A DNA stretch of 64,000 nucleotides from Eledone cirrhosa (lineage: Eukaryota), in contig OZ024740.1 in NCBI GenBank assembly GCA_964016885.1, forward strand, positions 407,340,001 through 407,404,000. Direction: 5' to 3'. Under the pieces are notes generated by a model. It made no database searches and was not told the DNA's origin. It saw nothing but the letters and a program-made list of their open reading frames with translations. The translations under genes and the position numbers were made by a program. This document shows, in pieces, positions 15,501-29,200 of this stretch. The first letter of the stretch is position 1. The number at the start of each line of letters is the position of its first letter.

Positions 15501-15550
15501 CAAGACACTGAATAGCAATGTGGCCCACTGACAAGACACTACATAGCAAT
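12420..15550. repeat. Dispersed copy of the ~3930-7150 block (offset 8494, then 8401 bp)
   Basis: ORF pairs 4473/12967 and 4706/13200 have offset 8494 (274x31); 5667/14068, 6101/14502 and 6394/14795 have offset 8401 (271x31). The difference is a 93-bp extra duplication near 5040-5320. A related partial copy lies at ~1-1100. Confidence 0.88.
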
Positions 15551-18500
15551 GTGGCCCACTGACAACACAATGAATAGCAATGTGGAACACTGACAAAACA
15601 CTACATAGCAATGTGGCCCACTGACAAGACACTGCATAGCAATGTGGCCCACCGACAAGACACTGAATAGCAATTTGACACACTGACAAGACACTGAATA
15701 GCAATGTGGCCCACTGACAAGAAACTGAATAGCAATGTGGCCCACAGACAAGACACTGCATAGCAATGTGGCTCACTGACAAGACGCTACATAACAATGT
15801 GGCCCACTGACAAGACACTACATAACAATGTGGCTCACTGACAAGACACTACATAACAAAGTGGCCCACTGACAAGACACTGCATAGCAATGTGGCCCAC
15901 TGACAAGACACTGAATAGCAATGTGGCCCACAGACAAGACGCTACATAACAATGTGGCCCACTGACAAGACACTACATAGTAATGTGGCCCACTGACAAG
16001 ACACTACATAACAATGTGGCCCACTGATAAGACACTACATAACAATGTGGCCCACTGATAAGACACTACATAGCAATGTGGCCCACTGACAAGACACTGA
16101 ATAGCAATGTGGCCCACTGACAAGACACTGAATAGCAATGTGGCCCACTAACAAGACACTACATAGCAATGTGGCTCACTGACAAGACACTGAATAGTAA
16201 TGTGGCCCACTGACAAGACACTGCATAGCAATGTGGCCCACTGACAAGACACTGAATAGCAATGTGGCCCACTAACAAGACACTGCATAGCAATGTGGCC
16301 CACTGACAAGACACTACATAGCAATGTGGCCCACTGACAAGACACTAAATAGCAATGTGGCTCACTGACAAGACACTGAATAGCAATGTGGCCCACTAAC
16401 AAGACACTGCATAGCAATGTGGCCCACTGACAAGACACTACATAGCAATGTGGCCCACTGACAAGACACTGAATAGCAATGTGGCCCACTAACAAGACAC
16501 TACATAGCAATGTGGCCCACTGACAAGACACTACATAGCAATGTGGCCCACTGACAAGACACTGAATAGCAATGTGGCTCACTGACAAGACACTGAATAG
16601 CATTGTGGCTCACTGACAAGATACTACATAGCAATGTGGCCCACTGACAAGACGCTACATAGCAATGTGGCCCACTGACAAGTCACTACATAGCAATGTG
16701 GCCCACTGACAAGACACTGAATAGCAATGTGGCCCACTGACAAGTCACTGAATAGCAATGGAGCCCACTGACAAGACAGTGAATAGCAATGTGGCCCACT
16801 GACAAGACACTGAATAGCAATGTGGCCCACTGACAAGACACTACATAGCAATGTGGCCCACTGACAAGTCACTGAATAGCAATGTGGCCCACTGATAAGA
16901 CACTAAATAGCAATGGGGCCCACTGATAAGACACTGAATAGCAATGGGGCCCACTGATAAGACACTGAATAGCAATGTGGCCCACTGACAAGACACTACA
17001 TAGCAATCTGGCCCACAGACAAGAAACTGAATAGCAATGTGGCCCACTGACAAGACACTGAATAGCAATGTGGCCCACTGACATGACACTACATAGCAAT
17101 GTCGCCCACTGGCAAGACACTGATTAGCAATGTGGCCCACTGACAAGACACTGAATAGAAATGTGGCTCACTGACAAGACACTACATAACAATATGGCCC
17201 ACTGACAAGACACTACATAGCAATGTGGCCCACTGACAAGACACTGAATAGCAATATGGCCCACTGACAAGACACTGAATAGCAATGTGGCCCACAGACA
17301 AGACACTGAATAGCAATGTGGCCCACTGACAAGACACTACATAGCAATGTGGCCCACTGACAAGGCACTGAATAGCAATGTAGGTCACTGACGAGACACT
17401 GAATAGCAATGTGGCCCAGTGACAAGACACTAAATAGCAATGTGGCCCACTGACAAGACACTGAATAGCAATGTGGCCCACTGACAAGACACTACATAGC
17501 AATGTGGCCCACTGACAACACACTGAATAGCAATGTGGCCCACTGACAAAACACTACATAGCAATGTGGCCCACTGACAAGACACTGCATAGCAATGTGG
17601 CCCACCGACAAGACACTGAATAGCAATGTGACACACTGACAAGACACTGAATAGCAATGTGGCCCACTGACAAGACACTGAATAGCAATGTGGCCCACAG
17701 ACAAGACACTGCATAGCAATGTGGCTCACTGACAAGACGCTACATAACAATGTGGCCCACTGACAAGACACTACATAACAATGTGGCCCACTGACAAGAC
17801 ACTGCATAGCAATGTGGCCCACTGACAAGACACTGAATAGCAATGTGGCCCACAGACAAGACGCTACTAACAATGTGGCCCACTGACAAGACACTACATA
17901 GTAATGTGGCCCACTGACAAGACACTACATAACAATGTGGCCCACTGATAAGACACTACATAACAATGTGGCTCACTGACAAGACACTGAATAGCAATGT
18001 GGCCCACTGACAAGACACTGAATAGCAATGTGGCCCACTAACAAGACACTACATAGCAATGTGGCTCACTGACAAGACACTGAATAGCAATGTGGCCTAC
18101 TGACAAGACACTGCATAGCAATGTGGCCCACTGACAAGACACTGAATAGCAATGTGGCCCACTAACAAGACACTGCATAGCAATGTGGCCCACTGACAAG
18201 ATACTACATAGCAATGTGGCCCACTGACAAGACACTAAATAGCAATGTGGCTCACTGACAAGACACTGAATAGCAATGTGGCCCACTAACAAGACACTGC
18301 ATAGCAATGTGGCCCACTGACAAGACACTACATAGCAATGTGGCCCACTGACAAGACACTGAATAGCAATGTGGCCCACTAACAAGACACTACATAGCAA
18401 TGTGGCCCACTGACAAGACACTACATAGCAATGTGGCCCACTGACAAGACACTGAATAGCAATGTGGCTCACTGACAAGACACTGAATAGCATTGTGGCT

Positions 18501-18600
18501 CACTGACAAGATACTACATAGCAATGTGGCCCACTGACAAGACGCTACATAGCAATGTGGCCCACTGACAAGTCACTACATAGCAATGTGGCCCACTGAC
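15480..18600. repeat. Imperfect ~1.9-kb duplication (15.5-16.7 kb vs 17.4-18.6 kb)
   Basis: ORF pairs 15539/17492 (offset 1953) and 16148/18038 (offset 1890 = 61x31-1, matching the 1-bp deletion at ~17868). The copies differ by several substitutions. Confidence 0.8.
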
Positions 18601-21600
18601 AAGACACTGAATAGCAATGTGGCACACTGACAAGACACTGAATAGCAATGTGGCCCACTGAGAAGACACTGAATAGTAATGTGGCCCACTGACAAGACAC
18701 TGAATAGCAATGTGGCCCACTGACAAGACACTGAATAGTAATGTGGCCCACAGACAAGACACTGAATAGCAATGTGTCCCACTGACAAGACACTGAATAG
18801 CAATGTGGCCCACTGACAAGACACTAGATAGCAATGTGGCCCACTGACAAGGCACTGAATAGCAATGTGGCCCACTGACAAGACATTGATTAGCAATGTG
18901 GCCCACTGACAAGACACTGAATAGTAATGTGGCCCACAGACAAGACACTGAATAGCAATGTGTCCCACTGACAAGGCACTGAATAGCAATGTGGCCCACT
19001 GACAAGACACTGAATAGTAATGTGGCCCACAGACAAGACACTGAATAGCAATGTGTCCCACTGACAAGACACTGAATAGCAATGTGGCCCACTGACAAGA
19101 CACTAGATAGCAATGTGGCCCACTGACAAGGCACTGAATAGCAATGTGGCCCACTGACAAGACATTGATTAGCAATGTGGCCCACTGACAAGACACTACA
19201 TAGCAATGTGGCCCACTGACAAGACACTACATAGCAATGTGGCCCACTGACAAGACATTGAATAGCAATAGGGGCTCACTGACAAGACACTACATAGCAA
19301 TGTGGCCAACTGATAAGACACTACATAGCAATGAGGCCCACTGACAAGACACTGAATAGCAAATTGGCCCATTGACAAGACACTACATAGCAATGTGGCC
19401 TGCTGACAAGACACTGAATAGCAATGTGGCCCACTGACAAGACACTGAATAGCAATGTGGCCCACTGACAAGACACTGAATAGCAATATGGCCCACTGAG
19501 AAGACACTGAATAGCAATGTGGCCCACTGACAAGACACTACATAGCAATCTGGCCCACTGACAAGACACTACATAGCAATGTGGCCCACTGACAAGACAC
19601 TACATAACAATGTGGCCCACTGACAAGACACTACATAACAATGTGGCCCACTGACAAGACACTACATAGCAATGTGTCCCACTGACAAGACACTGAATAG
19701 CAAAGTGGCCCACTGACAAGACACTGAATAGCAATGGGGCCCACTGACAAGACAGTGAATAGCAATGTGGCCCACTGACAAGACACTGAATAGCAATGTG
19801 GCCCACTGACAAGACACTACATAGCAATGTGGCCCACTGACAAGTCACTGAATAGCAATGTGGCCCACTGATAAGACACTAAATAGCAATGGGGCCCACT
19901 GATAAGACACTGAATAGCAATGGGGCCCACTGATAAGACACTGAATAGCAATGTGGCCCACTGACAAGACACTACATAGCAATGTGGCCCACAGACAAGA
20001 AACTGAATAGCAATGTGGCCCACTGACAAGACACTGAATAGCAATGTGGCCCACTGACATGACACTACATAGCAATGTCGCCCACTGGCAAGACACTGAT
20101 TAGCAATGTGGCCCACTGACAAGACACTGAATAGAAATGTGGCTCACTGACAAGACACTACATAACAATGTGGCCCACTGACAAGACACTAAATAGCAAT
20201 GTGGCCCACTGACAAGACACTGAATAGCAATGTGGCTCACTGACATGACACTACATAACAATGTGGCCCACAGACAAGACACTAAATAGCAATGTGGTCC
20301 ATTGACAAGACACTGAATAGCAATGTGGCCCACTGACAAGACACTGAATAGCAATGTGGGTCACTGACAAGACACTGAATAGCAATGTGGCCCACTGACA
20401 AGACACTGAATAGCAATGTGGCCCACTGACAAGACACTACATAGCAATGTGGCCCACTGACAAGACACTACATAGCAATGTGGCCCACTGACAAGGCACT
20501 GAATAGCAATGTGGGTCACTGACGAGACACTGAATAGCAATGTGGCCCACTGAAAAGACACTACATAGCAATGTGGCCCACAGAGAAGACATTGAATAGC
20601 AATAGTGGCTCACTGACAAGACACTACATAGCAATGTGGCCAACTGATAAGACACTACATAGCAATGTGGCCCACTGACAAGACACTGAATAGCAATGTG
20701 GCCCATTGACAAGACACTACATAGCAATGTGGCCTGCTGACAAGACACTGAATAGCAATGTGGCCCACTGACAAGACACTGAATAGCAATGTGGCCCACT
20801 GACAAGATACTGAATAGCAATATGGCCCACTGAGAAGACACTGAATAGCAATGTTGCCCACTGACAAGACACTACATAGCAATGTGGCCCACTGACAAGA
20901 CACTACATAGCAATCTGGCCCACTGACAAGACACTACATAGCAATGTGGCCCACTGACAAGACACTACATAACAATGTGGCCCACTGACAAGACACTACA
21001 TAACAATGTGGCCCACTGACAAGACACTACATAGCAATGTGTCCCACTGACAAAACACTGAATAGCAATGTGGCCCACTGATAAGACACTGCATAGCAAT
21101 TTGGCCCACTGACATGACACTACATAGCAATGTGGGTCACTGACAAGACACGGAATAGCAATGTGGCCCACTGACAAGACACTACATAGCAATGTGGGTC
21201 ACTGACAAGACACTGAATAGCAATGTGGCCCACTGACAAGACACTGAATAGCAATGTGGCCCACTGATAAGACACTAAATAGCAATGGGGCCCACTGATA
21301 AGACACTGAATAGCAATGTGGCCCACTGACAAGACACTACATAGCAATGTGGCCCACTGACATGTCACTGAATAGCAATGTGGCCCACTGATAAGACACT
21401 AAATAGCAATGGGGCCCACTGATAAGACACTGAATAGCAATGGGGCCCACTGATAAGACACTGAATAGCAATGTGGCCCACTGACATGACACTACATAGC
21501 AATGTGGCCCACTGACAAGACACTGAATAGCAATATGGCTCACTGACAAGACACTACATAACAATGTGGCCCACTGACAAGACACTAAATAGCAATGTGG

Positions 21601-22099
21601 CCCACTGACAAGACACTGAATAGCAATGTGGCTCACTGACAAGACACTACATAACAATGTGGCCCACTGACAAGACACTGAATAGCAATGTGGCCCACTG
21701 ACAAGACACTACATAACAATGTAGCCCACAGACAAGACACTAAATAGCAATGTGGTCCATTGACAAGACACTGAATAGCAATGTGGCTCACTGAGAAGAC
21801 ATTGAATAGCAATGTGGCCCACTGACAAGACACTACATAGCAATGTGGCCCACTGACAAGACACTACATAGCAATGTGGCCCACTGACAAGACAATTAAT
21901 AGCAATGTGGGTCACTGACAAGACACTGAATAGCAATGTGGCCCACTGACAAGACACTAAATAGCAATGTGGCCCACTGACAAGACACTACATAGCAATG
22001 TGGCCCACTGAGGAGACACTAAATAGCAATGTGGCCCACTGACAAGACACTGAATAGCAATGTGGCCAACAGACAAGACACTACATAGCAATGTGGCCC

Positions 22100-25000
22100 A
22101 CTGACAAGACACTGAATAGCAATGTGGCCAACAGACAAGACACTACATAGCAATGTGGCCCACTGACAAGACACTACATAGCAATGTGGCCCACTGACAA
22201 GACACTGAATAGCAATGTGGCCAATAGACAAGACACTACATAGCAATGTGGCCCACTGACAAGACACTGAATAGCAATGTGGCCAACAGACAAGACACTA
22301 CATAGCAATGTGGCCCACTGACAAGACACTACATAGCAATGTGGCCCACTGACAAGACACTGCATAGCAATGTGGCCCACTGCAAGACACTGAATAGCAA
22401 TGTGGCCCACTGACAAGACACTACATAGCAATGTGGCCCACTGACAAGACACTGAATAGCAATGTGGCCCACTGACAAGACACTACATAGCAATGTGGCC
22501 CACCGACAAGACACTGCATAGCAATGTGGCCCACTGACAAGACACTACATAGCAATGTGGCCCACTGACAAGACACTACATAGCAATGTGGCCCACTGAT
22601 AAGACACTGAATAGCAATGTGGCCCACTGACAAGACACTGCATAGCAATGTGGCCCACTTACAAGACACTACATAGCAATGTGGCCCACTGACAAGATGT
22701 TGAATAGCAATATGGCCCACTTACAAGACACTACATAGCAATGTGGCCCACTGACAAGATGTTGAATAGCAATGTGGCCCACTGACAAGAGACTACATAG
22801 CAATGTGGCCCACTGACAAGATGCTGAATAGCAATGTGGCGCACTGACAAGACACTACATAGAAACGTGGCCCACTGATAAGACAATACATAGCAATGTG
22901 GCCCACTGAAAAGGCACTGAATAGCAATGTGGCCCACTGACAAGATGCTAAATAGCAATGTGGCCCACTGACAAGACACTACATAGCAATGTGGCCCACT
23001 GACAAGACACTGAATAGCAATGTGGCCCACTGACAAGACACTGAATAGCAATGTGGCCCACTGACAAGATGCTCAATAGCAATGTGGCCCACTGACAAGA
23101 CACTGAATAGCAATGTGGCCCACTGACAAGATGCTGAATAGCAATGTGGCCCACTGACAACACACCGAATATCAATGTGGCCCACTGACAAGACACTACA
23201 TAGCAATGTGGCCCACTGACAAGACACTGATTAGCAATGAGGACCACTAACGAGACACTGAATAGCAATGTGGCCCACTGACAAGACACTACATAGCAAT
23301 GTGGACCACTGACAAGACACTACATAGCAATGTGGCTCATGGACAAGACACTGAATAGCAATGTGGCCCACTGACATGTCACTTAATAGCAATGTGGCCC
23401 ACTGATAAGACACTAAATAGCAATGGGACCCACTGATAAGACACTGAATAGCAATGGGGCCCACTGATAAGACACTGAATAGCAATGTGGCCCACAGACA
23501 AGACACTACATAGCAATGTGGCCCACAGGCAAGAAACTGAATAGCAATGTGGCCCACTGACAAGACACTGAATAGCAATGTGGCCCACTGACATGACACT
23601 ACATAGCAATGTGGCCCACTGACAAGACACTGAATAGCAATGTGGCTCACTGACAAGACACTACATAACAATGTGGCCCACTGACAAGACACTAAATAGC
23701 AATGTGGCCCACTGACAAGACACTGAATAGCAATGTGGCTCACTGACAAGACACTACATAACAATGTGGCCCACTGACAAGACACTAAATAGCAATGTGG
23801 CCCACTGACAAGACACTACATAGCAATGTGGCCCACTGACAAGACACTGAATAGCAATGTGGCCCACTGACAAGACACTACATAGCAATGTGGCCCACTG
23901 ACAAGATGTTGAATAGCAATATGATCCACTTACAAGACACTACATAGCAATATGGCCCACTGACAAGATGTTGAATAGCAATGTGGCCCACTGACAAGAG
24001 ACTACATAGCAATGTGGCCCACTGACAAGATGCTGAATAGCAATGTGGCCCACTGACAAGACACTACATAGCAATGTGGCCCACTGACAAGATGCTGAAT
24101 AGCAATGTGGCCCACTGACAAGACACTATATAGCAATGTGGCCCACTGACAAGACACTGAATAGCAATGTGGCCAACAGACAAGACACTACATAGCAATG
24201 TGGCCCACTGACAAGACACTACATAGCAATGTGGCCCACTGACAAGACACTGAATAGCAATGTGGCCAACAGACAAGACACTACATAGCAATGTGGCCCA
24301 CTGACAAGACACTGAATAGCAATGTGGCCAACAGACAAGACACTACATAGCAATGTGGCCCACTGACAAGACACTACATAGCAATGTGGCCCACTGACAA
24401 GACACTGCATAGCAATGTGGCCCACTGCAAGACACTGAATAGCAATGTGGCCCACTGACAAGACACTACATAGCAATGTGGCCCACTGACAAGACACTGA
24501 ATAGCAATGTGGCCCACTGACAAGACACTACATAGCAATGTGGCCTACTGACAAGACACTGCATAGCAATGTGGCCCACTGACAAGACACTACATAGCAA
24601 TGTGGCCCACTGACAAGACACTACATAGCAATGTGGCCCACTGATAAGACACTGAATAGCAATGTGGCCCACTGACAAGACACTGCATAGCAATGTGGCC
24701 CACTTACAAGACACTACATAGCAATGTGGCCCACTGACAAGATGTTGAATAGCAATATGGCCCACTTACAAGACACTACATAGCAATGTGGCCCACTGAC
24801 AAGATGTTGAATAGCAATGTGACCCACTGACAAGAGACTACATAGCAATGTGGCCCACTGACAAGATGCTGAATAGCAATGTGGCCCACTGACAAGACAC
24901 TACATAGAAATGTGGCCCACTGATAAGACAATACATAGCAATGTGGCCCACTGACAAGACACTGAATAGCAATGTGGCACACTGACAAGATGCTAAATAG

Positions 25001-25420
25001 CAATGTGGCCCACTGACAAGACAGTACATAGCAATGTGGCCCACTGACAAGACACTACATAGCAATGTGGCCCACTGACAAGACACTGAATAGCAATGTG
25101 GCCCACTGACAAGACACTGAATAGCAATGTGGCCCACTGACAAGATGCTCAATAGCAATGTGGCCCACTGACAAGACACTGAATAGCAATGTGGCCCACT
25201 GACAAGATGCTGAATAGCAATGTGGCCCACTGACAACACACCGAATATCAATGTGGCCCACTGACAAGACACTACATAGCAATGTGGCCCACTGACAAGA
25301 CACTGATTAGCAATGAGGACCACTAACGAGACACTGAATAGCAATGTGGCCCACTGACAAGACACTACATAGCAATGTGGACCACTGACAAGACACTACA
25401 TAGCAATGTGGCTCATGGAC
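22100..25420. repeat. Imperfect ~2.05-kb duplication (22.1-23.35 kb vs 24.15-25.4 kb)
   Basis: ORF pairs 22174/24219, 22421/24466 and 22731/24776 (offset 2045) and 22979/25055 (offset 2076). Shared markers are GATGCTCAATAG, CACACCGAATATC and GAGGACCACTAACGAG. Confidence 0.82.
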
Positions 25421-26279
25421 AAGACACTGAATAGCAATGTGGACCACTGACAAGACACTACATAGCATGGTGGCTCATGGAGGAGACACTGAATAGCAAT
25501 GTGGCTCACTGACAAGACACTGAATAGCAATGTGGCCCACTGACAAGACACTACATAGCAATGTGGCCCACTAACAAGACACTGAATAGCAATGTGGCCC
25601 ACTGACAAGACACTGAATAGCAATGTGGCCTACTGACAAGACACTGAATAGCAATGTGGCCCACTGACAAGAAACTGAATAGCAATGTGGCCCACTGACA
25701 AGACACTGAATAGCAATGTGGCCCACTGACATGACACTACATAGCAATGTGGCCCACTGACAAGATGCTGAATAGCAATGTGGCCCACTGTCAAGACACT
25801 TAATAGCAATGTGGCCCACAGAGAAGACATTGAATAGCAATGTGTCCCACTGACAAGATGCTGAATAGCAATGTGGCCCACTGACAAGACACTGAATAGC
25901 AATGTGGCCCACTGTCAAACTGCATAGCAATGTGGCCCACTGACAAGACACTACATAGCAATGTGGCCCACTGACAAGACACTACATAGCAATGTGGCCC
26001 ACTGACAAGATGCTGAATAGCAATGTGGACCACTGACAAGACACTACATAGCAATGTGGCCCACTGACAAGACACTACATAGCAATGTGGCCCACTGACA
26101 AGACACTACATAGCAATGTGGCCCACTGATAAGACACTGAATAGCAATGTGGCCCACTGACAAGACACTGAATAGCAATGTGGCCCACTGACAAGACTCT
26201 GCATAGCAATGTGGCCCACTGACAAGACACTGAATAGCAATGTGGCCCACTGACAAGACACTGAGTAGCAATGTGGCCT

Positions 26280-29200
26280 ACTGACAAGACACTACATAGC
26301 AATGTGGCCTACTAACAAGACACTGAATAGCAATGTGGGTCACTGACAAGACACTGAATAGCAATGTGGCCCACTGACAAGACACTACATAGCAATGTGG
26401 CCCACTGACAAGACATTGAATAGCAATAGTGGCTCACTGACAAGACACTACATAGCAATGTGGCCAACTGATAAGACACTACATAGCAATGTGGCCCACT
26501 GACAAGATGCTGAATAGCAATGTGGACCACTGACAAGACACTACATAGCAATGTGGCCCACTGACAAGACACTACATAACAAAGTGGCCCACTGACAAGA
26601 CACTACATAGCAATGTGGCGCACTGACAAGGCACTGAATAGCAATGTGGGTCACTGACGAGACACTGAATAGCAATGTGGCCCACTGACAAGACACTACA
26701 TAGCAATGTGGCCCACTGACAAGACATTGAATAGCAATAGTGGCTCACTGACAAGACACTACATAGCAATGTGGCCAACTGATAAGACACTACATAGCAA
26801 TGTGGCCCACTGACAAGACACTGAATAGCAATGTGGCCCATTGACAAGACACTACATAGCAATGTGGCCTGCTGACAAGACACTGAATAGCAATGTGGCC
26901 CACTGACAAGACACTGAATAGCAATGTGGCCCACTGACAAGACACTGAATAGCAATATGGCCCACTGAGAAGACACTGAATAGCAATGTGGCCCACTGAC
27001 AAGACACTACATAGCAATGTAGCCCACTGACAAGACACTACATAGCAATGTGGCCCACTGACAAGTCACTGAATAGCAATGTGGCCCACTGACAAGACAC
27101 TACATAGCAATGTGGCCCACTGACAAGACACTGAATAGCAATGTGGCCCACTGACAAGACACTACATAGCAATGTGGCCCACTGACAAGACACTACATAA
27201 CAATGTGGCCCACTGACACGACACTACATAACAATGTGGCCCACTGACAAGACACTACATAGCAATGTGGCCCACTGACAAGACACTACATAGCAATGTG
27301 GCCCACTGACAAGACACTACATAACAATGTGTCCCACTGACAAGACACTGAATAGCAATGTGGCCCACTGATAAGACACTGCATAGCAATGTGGCCGACT
27401 GACAAGACACTACATAGCAATGTGGCCCACTGACAAGACACTACATAGCAATGTGGCCCACTGACAAGACACTACATAGCAATGTGGGTCACTGACAAGA
27501 CACTGAATAGCAATGTGGCCCACTGACAAGACACTACATAGCAATGTGGGTCACTGCCAAGACACTGAATAGCAATGTGGCCCACTGACAAGACACTACA
27601 TAGCAATGTGTCCCACTGACAAGACACTGAATAGCAATGTGGCCCACTGATCAGACACTGCATAGCAATGTGGCCCACTGACAAGACACTACATAGCAAT
27701 GTGGGTCACTGACAAGACACTGAATAGCAATGTGGCCCACTGACAAGACACTACATAGCAATGTGGGTCACTGACAAGACACTGAATAGCAATGTGGCCC
27801 ACTGATAAGACACTAAATAGCAATGTGGCCCACTGACAAGACACTGAATAGCAATGTGGCCCACTGGCAAGACACTGATTAGCAATGTGGCCCACTGACA
27901 AGACACTGAATAGCAATGTGGCTCAGTGACAAGACACTACATAACAATGTGGCCCACTGACAAGACACTAAATAGCAATGTGGCTCACTGACAAGACACT
28001 ACATAACAATGTGTCCCACTGACAAGACACTAAATAGCAATGTGGCCCACTGACAAGACACTGAATAGCAATGTGGTTCACTGACAAGACACTACATAAC
28101 AATGTGGCCCACTGACAAGACACTAAATAGCAATGTGGTCCATTGACAAGACACTGAATAGCAATGTGGCTCACTGAGAAGACATTGAATAGCAATGTGG
28201 CCCACTGACAAGACACTACATAGCAATGTGGCCCACTGACAAGACACTACATAGCAATGTGGCCCACTGACAAGACACTGAATAGCAATGTGGCCCACTG
28301 ACAAGACACTGAATAGCAATGTGGCCCACTGACAAGACACTACATAGCAATGTGGCCCACTGAGGAGACACTAAATAGCAATGTGGCCCACTGACAAGAC
28401 ACTGCATAGCAATGTGGCCCACTGACAAGACACTGAATAGCAATGTGGCCAACAGACAAGACACTACATAGCAATGTGGCCCACTGACAAGACACTACAT
28501 AGCAATGTGGCCCACTGACAAGACACTACATAGCAATGTGGCCCACTGAGGAGACACTAAATAGCAATGTGGCCCACTGACAAGACACTGCATAGCAATG
28601 TGGCCCACTGCAAGACACTGAATAGCAATGTGGCCCACTGACAAGACACTACATAGCAATGTGGCCCACTGACAAGACACTGAATAGCAATGTGGCCCAC
28701 TGACAAGACACTACATAGCAATGTGGCCCACTGACAAGACACTACATAGCAATGTGGCCCACTGACAAGATGTTGAATAGCAATATGACCCACTTACAAG
28801 ACACTACATAGCAATATGGCCCACTGACAAGATGTTGAATAGCAATGTGGCCCACTGACAAGAGACTACATAGCAATGTGGCCCACTGACAAGATGCTGA
28901 ATAGCAATGTGGACCACTGACAAGACACTACATAGCAATGTGGCCCACTGACAAGACACTACATAGCAATGTGGCCCACTGACAAGACACTACATAGCAA
29001 TGTGGCCCACTGATAAGACACTGAATAGCAATGTGGCCCACTGACAAGACACTGAATAGCAATGTGGCCCACTGACAAGACTCTGCATAGCAATGTGGCC
29101 CACTGACAAGACACTGAATAGCAATGTGGCCCACTGACAAGACACTGATTAGCAATGTGGCCTACTGACAAGACACTACATAGCAATGTGGCCTACTAAC

